In this document: positions 18,829 through 25,442 of the stretch, piece by piece
How the letters are laid out: each line of letters starts with the position of its first letter
Numbering within the stretch: position 1 is the first letter of the stretch
IMG/VR virus record: IMGVR_UViG_3300005512_000287
Coordinates: 1 to 26,211 of that record
Strand: one strand, 5' to 3'
Source of the DNA: a virus
Taxonomy: Duplodnaviria > Caudoviricetes
Length of the DNA stretch: 26,211 nt
Made by a program: the position numbers and the translations under genes
Notes under the pieces: generated by a model
The model's database searches: none
What the model saw: the letters and a program-made list of their open reading frames with translations, nothing else
Told to the model about the DNA's origin: nothing

Positions 18829-20318
18829 ATCTGTGATACCCAATCATAATTTGAGCTTACGGGTGCTGCCCACGCATCTCCCCAGACCTCATCCCATCCG
18901 TCCTTAGACTTCACCGGACCAACCGCGTTGTCATGCACCCACATCACCAAATAGCGCAACACGTCCATCAAGTGATCATTCTTCTTCTTTGGTGCCTCAG
19001 GATCAGGCTTGTCCTGGCCAGCCTTGATATCCTTCCACACGTACCCACCAATCTCCTTCAGGAACTCATGGATATGAGGGATATCATTAAATATATACAA
19101 ACGGCACTTGTCATTCTCATCCTGCATCAGATATTCACCGACACGGTTGATACCAGCGCCTACGTCATTATTCGCCGGATTCCAGAAAATGCCAAACTTC
19201 TCGTACTCAGATGAAATAGTCTTACCGTCGAACCCCTGTTTAGATATACTTGGGTCTGCCAACCAATCCTCTATCATGTCATTACCGCACTTCGCATGAA
19301 TCACCGGCACATGATCAGCAATACGCCACTCAGCCTGGTAATGACTGTCATACACAAAAATCTGTCCATGAGGACTCACTGCAGCCCAGAGAATGGCAGT
19401 TGGGTTACGGTACCCATAATCCATTACAACATACCTGGCCCAACTCCTCGGTATAGCAAAACGCTGGACCAGATGCACGTTCTCCTTGAACTCAGGCCAT
19501 ATCAGCCCCTCGAACGAGTCCCAATGGCAGTGGACGAATCTTTTTTTCCACCTCTCCGGGTACGCCAAAAGCGACCTGATATAATCCGCAGGTAAATACG
19601 GATTGTCAGAATGCGCCGCCACTTCCGCAGAATCCATCGGACCCGGGACACCCTCTGGCCAAGTGACGCTCTCCACCAACCCATACTCATCAGCCTGCCC
19701 ATCCGGTGCCTCGCCATTAACCCAAGTACGCCAGATCCAATCGTGCCCAGCAGGGTTGACAGTATGAAAATCACAGCGATTGCTCCCCTTGCGACGGAGA
19801 CGACCCTGCGCAGCAAGATAGACCTCATTGTCAACCTCCTCCAACTGATCAACCGCAAACCACCCCAGGTTCATCGATTTGATGCGCTCCACCGCATCAC
19901 GCCCAGCGTCCAACTGCATGTACACAATCTTAGACTTGTTGATGAACTCTATCTCATGCTCAGTCTTGTTGTGACGGATAATACTGCCCTGAGGCGCAAG
20001 ACGTAGTAACGTCTCCAACGTACTCTTGCGAAAACTGTCAATAGTCTTTCGACCTATCAGCCCCAAGTTCCCCGGGATAAGTAATGTCTGTGCCAACGCC
20101 TCGATCACCAGCGCATCGGTCTTTCCAGTACCGAACCCACCAGCGAACACCACATGCTTCTTGCGCTTGAAAGGGTCAGGATTGTTAACCATATTATGGA
20201 AATCATCCTGCTTGGGTGTCGGCAAACTCGCAGCCCCATTGTCACCCAAATAATTCAGGTCAAGCGAAATATTGCGCTCAGGCAACGAAAGCCCACTGAT
20301 ATGAGGGTTACTTACCAC
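18825..20318 (-). CDS. terL: Terminase large subunit
   Basis: Walker A GGFGTGKT, Walker B-like WFAVDQLEE, coupling motif TVNP, nuclease motifs MDYGYRNPTA, ADPS and DHLMDVLRY. Confidence 0.95.
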   Translation of the reverse strand: MVSNPHISGLSLPERNISLDLNYLGDNGAASLPTPKQDDFHNMVNNPDPFKRKKHVVFAGGFGTGKTDALVIEALAQTLLIPGNLGLIGRKTIDSFRKSTLETLLRLAPQGSIIRHNKTEHEIEFINKSKIVYMQLDAGRDAVERIKSMNLGWFAVDQLEEVDNEVYLAAQGRLRRKGSNRCDFHTVNPAGHDWIWRTWVNGEAPDGQADEYGLVESVTWPEGVPGPMDSAEVAAHSDNPYLPADYIRSLLAYPERWKKRFVHCHWDSFEGLIWPEFKENVHLVQRFAIPRSWARYVVMDYGYRNPTAILWAAVSPHGQIFVYDSHYQAEWRIADHVPVIHAKCGNDMIEDWLADPSISKQGFDGKTISSEYEKFGIFWNPANNDVGAGINRVGEYLMQDENDKCRLYIFNDIPHIHEFLKEIGGYVWKDIKAGQDKPDPEAPKKKNDHLMDVLRYLVMWVHDNAVGPVKSKDGWDEVWGDAWAAPVSSNYDWVSQI

Positions 20319-21078
20319 TCTTACCCCCAGCCACAGTGTTCTTTGGTATCCCCAGCCCCCTGATATTACTGTTCACCTGGATATTAACCTGGCCCATATT
20401 GAACGTGTCACCCTTATAACTCTCGCGATAACGCGCAGGATCCCCAGCTTTCATCAAAAATATTCGCTCGCTCGTCGCCTTTGGGTTCAATGCATTATGG
20501 AAACTGACGATCTCCAACAGCTCAAGGTGCTTCCGGTCACACGCGGCCACTGCCTTTGAGAACTCATCGTACTTCTTCATGTCCAGCTTGAACCGCTTCT
20601 CAGAAATACCCAAGTGCTCCAGGATTAATAGCACCTGCCTAGGCATCTTTACATACAAATTCAAGAATATCTGCTTCAAAAACGGCGTAAACTCATTGTT
20701 CGGATCATGGTCAACAGGCCCAAGCTCGGGCGGTGTCAATGTCAATAATGTAGAATTCCCCTGCGACCCGAACTGCTGCATCGTCGCAACATACGCAGAT
20801 AACAGCTCGTCGGCCCTTAACTGTACCTCAGCCTCATATTCACTGATCTGCTCAGGCACCGAGCCATTGAACCCCTTCTCCTGCAACCGAAGATGTACAT
20901 GCTTCCTTTTTGTCTGAGCAGAAATACGCTCCTTATGGCACCTGTCACACGAATCCTTGTGGATTTTCCGATCACCCAGCTTGTATTCAGCACCACACCC
21001 CGCGCAGTACCGAACTTTTGTAGGCGCCTCTAGCGCCTCACGCTCCTTTTTTCGCATTGGTGTCTTCGTAGCTGGCAT
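20308..21078 (-). CDS. Putative terminase small subunit with N-terminal Cys4 zinc finger
   Basis: Overlaps the terL start. C-terminal IFLMKAGDPARYRE resembles TerS oligomerisation motifs; CxxC-x15-CxxC near the N-terminus. ATG at 21078 preferred to TTG at 21096. Confidence 0.65.
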   Translation of the reverse strand: MPATKTPMRKKEREALEAPTKVRYCAGCGAEYKLGDRKIHKDSCDRCHKERISAQTKRKHVHLRLQEKGFNGSVPEQISEYEAEVQLRADELLSAYVATMQQFGSQGNSTLLTLTPPELGPVDHDPNNEFTPFLKQIFLNLYVKMPRQVLLILEHLGISEKRFKLDMKKYDEFSKAVAACDRKHLELLEIVSFHNALNPKATSERIFLMKAGDPARYRESYKGDTFNMGQVNIQVNSNIRGLGIPKNTVAGGKSGK

Positions 21079-21119
21079 ACGGGCACAATTTACCAAAATA
21101 TGTAGGAAAGATGAAAGAG

Positions 21120-21142
21120 TAAATGAGAATCATTCTCATTTA
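21120..21142. promoter_or_regulatory. Perfect Fur-box-like palindrome upstream of the packaging/structural operon
   Basis: TAAATGAGAAT-C-ATTCTCATTTA, a perfect 11-1-11 inverted repeat. Confidence 0.75.
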
Positions 21143-21152
21143 TGATATACAC

Positions 21153-21184
21153 AAAATGAAAGAGCCCTCATTTAGAGGGCTCTC
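21153..21184 (-). terminator. Rho-independent terminator after the small-ORF operon
   Basis: Minus strand GAGAGCCCTC-TAAAT-GAGGGCTCTT followed by TCATTTT. Confidence 0.7.
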
Positions 21185-21253
21185 GTCGGCAACTAACCGA
21201 AGGGGAGGAGAATGGGCCTTAATATAGGCGCATATCTTCGCTGTCCAAACTAT

Positions 21254-21460
21254 TTATTCCTTATATGCCTCATTTCCGTCCACAGCCCTCAACTCAACAC
21301 CAACATGCCAGTCGATCAATGCAGGTGCCCAACTCACAAGATACTCCGTTGTACCACCCTCAATGTACTTATACCCGATGACAACACCTGGATTCTTCTC
21401 AGCGTCGTTCACCATGTACACCATAGCACCTGTATCGAACTCAGTTTCCAGCATTATCAC
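21254..21460 (-). CDS. Hypothetical protein (SH3-like small beta-barrel pattern)
   Basis: 68 aa, ATGA-coupled to the upstream gene, pattern F.tG..VY...GVV.G...YLVSW. Confidence 0.65.
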   Translation of the reverse strand: MIMLETEFDTGAMVYMVNDAEKNPGVVIGYKYIEGGTTEYLVSWAPALIDWHVGVELRAVDGNEAYKE

Positions 21461-21834
21461 AACATACCACCCTTTGCACTCTCATTCACTGTGCGCACCA
21501 ACGCCAGCACCCACTCAGGATCCAGCCGATCAGTGTCTACCGGGGGAGCTACCACGGAAGCTCCGCACTTACACGACTCCTCACACTCCTCCACAATGTC
21601 GCTCGCTGGGATACTGTCCAGCAGCACATCAGGAATATGCACATGCTGGCCAATGTCAGCATATATCAGCCACGGAAGCTGGCCTTCCGGCTGGGTTATA
21701 TACATATTATACTGAGAAAACTGCTTTGCGAATACAATCATACCAGGTGAGGGCACATTCAAGTCCACAAAGTCCTGACCATACGCATCATCCGGGATGT
21801 CCAGCGTCACGACAGGCAGATACGCATCGGTCAT
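21457..21834 (-). CDS. Hypothetical protein
   Basis: 125 aa acidic ORF, ATGA-coupled on both sides. Confidence 0.6.
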   Translation of the reverse strand: MTDAYLPVVTLDIPDDAYGQDFVDLNVPSPGMIVFAKQFSQYNMYITQPEGQLPWLIYADIGQHVHIPDVLLDSIPASDIVEECEESCKCGASVVAPPVDTDRLDPEWVLALVRTVNESAKGGML

Positions 21835-22349
21835 TTCTTCACCACTGATCGCAGATTCTCGACTGCATAGCTGGCAATCAGATAACAGTCATGATCACGG
21901 AAGATAAGATGCCCATATCCAGGGCCACCCTCTCTCGTATGAGCCACCTGCTCCAGCACATCCACAGTCCCGTCAGGCCGGACATACGTCAACTCGTAAG
22001 TGTAAGGTTCAGGGACAGGCGTGAGCTCCTTGACCCTGGCCTCAAGATTATCGACCTTTGTACGCAGTTCGACATTTTTGGCATTATACCCCTGTGCTTT
22101 CTTGTACGCGGCAGCGAAATCACGCTCCAACTTCTCGATCATCTTCGCTTCCTTATTAAACATCTCCTTGATTCCTTTCCATATTGATTTTTTCTTATGT
22201 GTTGATGGGATTACATCCCACGTACCATTCTTATACTCCAATGGCATCTCAATAGGACGACCACCACAGCCCAATGGGTAATCACGATACCGCTCCCAAA
22301 AAACGTCTGCATTCCTGGCGTATGGAATACTAAGGTCAGCCAAGCTCAT
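21831..22349 (-). CDS. Hypothetical protein with central coiled coil
   Basis: 172 aa, ATGA-coupled on both sides. A possible internal start (AAGGAAGCGAAG-ATG) also exists. Confidence 0.6.
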   Translation of the reverse strand: MSLADLSIPYARNADVFWERYRDYPLGCGGRPIEMPLEYKNGTWDVIPSTHKKKSIWKGIKEMFNKEAKMIEKLERDFAAAYKKAQGYNAKNVELRTKVDNLEARVKELTPVPEPYTYELTYVRPDGTVDVLEQVAHTREGGPGYGHLIFRDHDCYLIASYAVENLRSVVKK

Positions 22350-22804
22350 TCGTCCACCTCTATTGCTGTGTAGTCGAGACGTTTGTATTCTGGACTGTCA
22401 AAATGACTGTATGTCTTTAACAGTTCCTCTTTGGTCTCATAATACTCTTGGGCCTCAAACCATCCGTTAGCATCCTTCAAGGCCCACTTGTAAAGCGTCT
22501 TTGTCTTGGGCTTGATGCGGTAGCTGTCAGGGCTTTTGTCGAACATTGGCTTAAAGTTAAGGTCTTGCCAGCAGTCATCAGCAAACCACTGAATAACCTC
22601 GCCCATGTCATACGCCTCCCTTAACTCTAGGTAGGGGTCGATACGGCGGTATTCTATGCCATCAACCCACATGGAGCCACTTGATGTACATTTGTACCAT
22701 TTGCCACCAGGAAAATGACTGCCCTCCCACCGCTCCCACGGCTTATCAGTCTCCTGCGCGTCCTTCGCGTACTCCATCATTTGTCTAGCGTGTTTGTGTT
22801 TCAT
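22346..22804 (-). CDS. Conserved phage hypothetical protein (HKHA...YAKDAQETDKPWERWE family)
   Basis: Recognisable N-terminal motif, duplicated W...YR(R/I) module, SD AAGGGAG. Confidence 0.75.
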   Translation of the reverse strand: MKHKHARQMMEYAKDAQETDKPWERWEGSHFPGGKWYKCTSSGSMWVDGIEYRRIDPYLELREAYDMGEVIQWFADDCWQDLNFKPMFDKSPDSYRIKPKTKTLYKWALKDANGWFEAQEYYETKEELLKTYSHFDSPEYKRLDYTAIEVDE

Positions 22805-22826
22805 AAAAATCTCCCTTCTGGCAACG

Positions 22827-22854
22827 AATATAGCACACGAAAATGTGGGTGCAA
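22827..22854 (-). promoter_or_regulatory. Sigma70-type promoter
   Basis: Minus strand TTGCAC-16 nt-TATATT with extended TG, upstream of the 22804 start. Confidence 0.6.
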
Positions 22855-23068
22855 AGAAATTATTTAGGTATTGGGGATGTAAGATAGCAAATAGTATGGC
22901 TTCAAAAATACGAAGTAATATACGAAATAAAATAATCTACACAATATTTTATTTATAATAATTGTAATATAGGTTTTTTTGGGATTTTGATTTTTTCAGG
23001 GTTTTGGTCTGTGGGGCAGGGATGTTATGCAGAATCGGGCATACCCCCAGGGTCCCTACCCCCCCCTA

Positions 23069-23091
23069 TAAATGAGATCGAGTCTCATTAT
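23069..23091. promoter_or_regulatory. Fur-box-like site
   Basis: AATGAGA-TCGAG-TCTCATT, with the same arms and N5 spacing as the 21120 palindrome. Confidence 0.5.
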
Positions 23092-23233
23092 CACCTGGTT
23101 AGCCCTGCTATCCACCTTGCAAAATGTACAGAATCCGCACAGTGATGGCGTAAGTGCATGTAAATACTATAAGCGCGAAGTTTTGACACAACTCCGACAC
23201 TATCGAGGCGACAAAATGAAGGGGGGCGACCCA

Positions 23234-23273
23234 ATGTAAAGTATACTTGACATCATGTAAAGTATACTTGTCA
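23234..23273. repeat. Tandem pair of 19-bp near-palindromes (21-bp period), candidate operators
   Basis: ATGTAAAGTATACTTGACA at 23234 and ATGTAAAGTATACTTGTCA at 23255. Confidence 0.75.
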
Positions 23274-23454
23274 CGCGAGGCGTTATTCCTTCAATATCGG
23301 GTCCATACGACATAGTTATCAACATAACTATAAGCCAATATATCCAACCTAAGCCAATGAATAACAATACTATACTAATTCGCCGCTAAAAGTTATCAAC
23401 ATTTTACCTATCTTCTTTTAGCTGCGTATTATTGGATCAACCTTTCCCCCAAAT

Positions 23455-23484
23455 AAAAAGCCCGCCAATTAAGCGGGCTTTTTT
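23455..23484. terminator. Bidirectional rho-independent terminator
   Basis: AAAAAGCCCGC-CAATTAA-GCGGGCTTTTTT just after the 23506 stop. Confidence 0.85.
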
Positions 23485-23505
23485 GTGTCCTTGTGTTTCT
23501 AGGGG

Positions 23506-23778
23506 TTATCTAAGGAATACCACTTGAATATCATATACATTATTGCCAAGGTGCCCATCGATATCATTATAGATTGCGAAGTATGGTTCTTGGTCATCTT
23601 CGGGCACGCCAATGATAAAGTACTCTGCTTTTAGGGCATCTTGCTCAATTTGTAGGTGCGTATAAAATGCTTGGATATTCCTTATGTCTTCTTCTTCAAG
23701 GCCGGATTTGTCTCCATTGTGTATCATTGGCATGGAATAATCCGGGAGCCTATATTCACGCCTTTCAACTATCTTCAT
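23506..23778 (-). CDS. Small acidic early-type protein (DUF6926-like motif, tentative)
   Basis: YRLPDY...NGDKSGLEEED motif seen in small phage/plasmid proteins; SD AAGGA. Confidence 0.65.
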   Translation of the reverse strand: MKIVERREYRLPDYSMPMIHNGDKSGLEEEDIRNIQAFYTHLQIEQDALKAEYFIIGVPEDDQEPYFAIYNDIDGHLGNNVYDIQVVFLR

Positions 23779-23784
23779 CTTTCC

Positions 23785-23868
23785 TTATCCTTTCCATATT
23801 GCTATCACTACCAGTGCCACAAGGCAAAGGGCTTGCCAGGCCAGGGTCAGTTTGATAGCGGCTTTCAT
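23785..23868 (-). CDS. 27-aa single-pass membrane peptide, not in the ORF track (MKAAIKLTLAWQALCLVALVVIAIWKG)
   Basis: ATGA overlap with the upstream stop, fills the gap, one hydrophobic helix flanked by lysines. Confidence 0.6.
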   Translation of the reverse strand: MKAAIKLTLAWQALCLVALVVIAIWKG

Positions 23869-24137
23869 TTATTCACCTGTACACCAATCAAAAGGGCATT
23901 GATCCGATTGTAAAGGTCTCGCTTGTTGATATCCCCGCTTGTAAATACATCGTGCACACAGCCGGTTGCAGTTGTGACTTCGTGCAAACAAAGCCCTTTA
24001 AACCCCTCAGCAGCGTGGAAATTCCCGACATTGCCAATCAGCTTGCCGCCTATGCGGGTCCAAGCTGTCAAAGGTCTATTTAGTTCCTTGTTCAGTTGTG
24101 CTACCTTCAGATCAATGGCCTTCTTTGTTATTTTCAT
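23865..24137 (-). CDS. Conserved small early phage protein
   Basis: KITKK...LN...GNVGNFH...KRDLYNRINALLIG pattern; ATGA-coupled. Confidence 0.7.
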   Translation of the reverse strand: MKITKKAIDLKVAQLNKELNRPLTAWTRIGGKLIGNVGNFHAAEGFKGLCLHEVTTATGCVHDVFTSGDINKRDLYNRINALLIGVQVNK

Positions 24138-24325
24138 CTCTCATTCCCTTCACTTACATTGTTATTAGTTGTCATTGGTTCACATTGCCCGCGCTTATAT
24201 CCTCTGGCATAGTCTTGAGATTTCACGCGCTCAATTTTCTCAAGGTCTCTGAATGACCCCCGCTGCCGGTCCTGGATCCCATCGAGAAATCCAAGTCTAA
24301 ACTGGTGATTGCAATTCATGGTCAA
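24134..24325 (-). CDS. Small hypothetical protein (F..GF.DG / Y..GY..G repeat type)
   Basis: FRLGFLDG and YARGYKRG; first gene of a coupled cluster. Start may be the downstream ATG (MNCNHQ). Confidence 0.6.
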   Translation of the reverse strand: MTMNCNHQFRLGFLDGIQDRQRGSFRDLEKIERVKSQDYARGYKRGQCEPMTTNNNVSEGNER

Positions 24326-24378
24326 ATTTTTCCTTCATCCTGTAAAATCCTCTCCCTAGTTGTTTAGTTGCCTGCCAT

Positions 24379-24407
24379 ATAATAATGATAAAAAGTGATA
24401 TTTCCAC
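24379..24407 (-). promoter_or_regulatory. Possible sigma70-type promoter of the early cluster
   Basis: Minus strand GTGGAA-17 nt-TATTAT in AT-rich context; the -35 is weak. Confidence 0.4.
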
Positions 24408-24464
24408 AAAAACTTTCACGATCTCAAAAATAATTTAAATCGTTATATAGCCCCATTCCGGGGC

Positions 24465-24528
24465 ATTTTCTAAATGCGAACGAGTCTCAGTTGCGAATTT
24501 TCTAAATGCGAACGAGTCTCAGTTGCGA
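24465..24528. repeat. Perfect 32-bp tandem duplication containing a degenerate Fur-like box
   Basis: ATTTTCTAAATGCGAACGAGTCTCAGTTGCGA at 24465 and 24497. Confidence 0.9.
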
Positions 24529-24529
24529 C

Positions 24530-24554
24530 AAAAAACCCACCGGTTAGGGTGGGT
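24530..24554 (-). terminator. Rho-independent terminator
   Basis: Minus strand ACCCACC-CTAACC-GGTGGGT followed by TTTTT. Confidence 0.7.
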
Positions 24555-24596
24555 CGAATCCGATATATCGGATAGGTTGGTGTGATATCGGATAGG

Positions 24597-24743
24597 TTAG
24601 GGGGCGTCGCTATCCATAATATCGATAAGATTATTGTGGTCCCGGATCTGATCCCTTGTGTGCATATTCACAACCTGGGCGATAAACAGCATGATAACGC
24701 TTGCCAGGGCTAACACAGTCATTGCGATCTCACATTTACTCAT
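24597..24743 (-). CDS. 48-aa membrane protein (start revised to MSKCEIAM)
   Basis: SD GGAGG before ATG 24743 and one hydrophobic helix. The upstream extension in the ORF track looks non-coding. Confidence 0.6.
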   Translation of the reverse strand: MSKCEIAMTVLALASVIMLFIAQVVNMHTRDQIRDHNNLIDIMDSDAP

Positions 24744-24973
24744 ACATCCTCCAAAATTTGGGGAGTGACCAATGTATCTCGTGCAGGACACTCCCCTGTT
24801 TTCCAAGTTCCTCGTTTCGAGGTTCGCGCCATCACAACTTTTTGTGCAAGCTGACACTCCCGAACGGCATTGGGGTGGTTCTTGCTGTCTGATGAGGCTT
24901 GCGCCATTTCTACGCTCCGTCCGTTCCATAGCCACGTAACCGCTAGTTAAAGGACACACAACCGATTAAAGAT

Positions 24974-25100
24974 AATGTGCCTGTGGCTAATTTTTTACCG
25001 CTATAATGTGCCTGTGGCTAATTTTTTACCGCTACAATGTGCCTGTGGCTAATTTTTTACCGCTACAATGTGCCTGTGGCTAATTTTTTACCGCTACAAT
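24974..25100. repeat. 4 x 31-bp tandem repeat (iteron-like)
   Basis: AATGTGCCTGTGGCTAATTTTTTACCGCTAY at 24974, 25005, 25036 and 25067. Confidence 0.95.
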
Positions 25101-25392
25101 ACCCATTTTGCAGAATATGACCACAATAAAACCCATTATGCGGGCTAATGTCCAATATATTACCGCTTAGGCGCATATTCTGGGCTAATATCCTAAATGT
25201 TGCACTTTAACATAAGTAATGTTACTGTGCATATTAAAAGTTATTACTTCCTGCCGTGCGGTTGCTATTAATTGGCGTATTATCATAATATTCTGCCATT
25301 CAAATATCATTTGGTTATGTAATTCCATTTACCCGGCCTCGCTCTTGTCTTTGGCCTTCTCCGATCCCTTCATCGAGGACTATTCGGCTACT

Positions 25393-25442
25393 GGCTAACT
25401 CCGATTTGAGGCCGACTAAAGCGGCCTAAATCAAAGTTATAT
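25393..25442 (+). mobile_element. attC-like recombination site 1 (50 bp)
   Basis: R'' GGCTAAC - 5 nt - L'' TTTGAGGC (one extra base) - CGACTAAAGCG - L' GCCTAAA - 5 nt - R' GTTATAT. Confidence 0.7.

Noticed and set aside
21212-21715. Plus-strand 167-aa ORF preceded by GGAGGAG
   Set aside because: Antisense to two coupled minus-strand genes, SD too close to the ATG, and non-protein-like composition.
23098-23104. GTTAGCC as the partner core of attC-like site 1, implying a 2.3-kb cassette
   Set aside because: Only a 7-bp match with no extended complementarity or upstream attC arm; the same heptamer occurs elsewhere (e.g. near 2189 and 5921).
23247-23268. Consensus promoter TTGACA...TATACT
   Set aside because: The spacer is only 10 nt.
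24886-24912. Hammerhead ribozyme (CTGATGA followed by GGC-TTGC-GCC)
   Set aside because: The required GAAA after stem II is missing (ATTTC instead).
24744-24959. N-terminal extension of the 120-aa ORF
   Set aside because: No SD at the GTG, a strong SD at 24743, and the region looks like structured non-coding sequence.
24974-25100. CRISPR array
   Set aside because: Repeats are head-to-tail with no spacers, and no cas genes are present.
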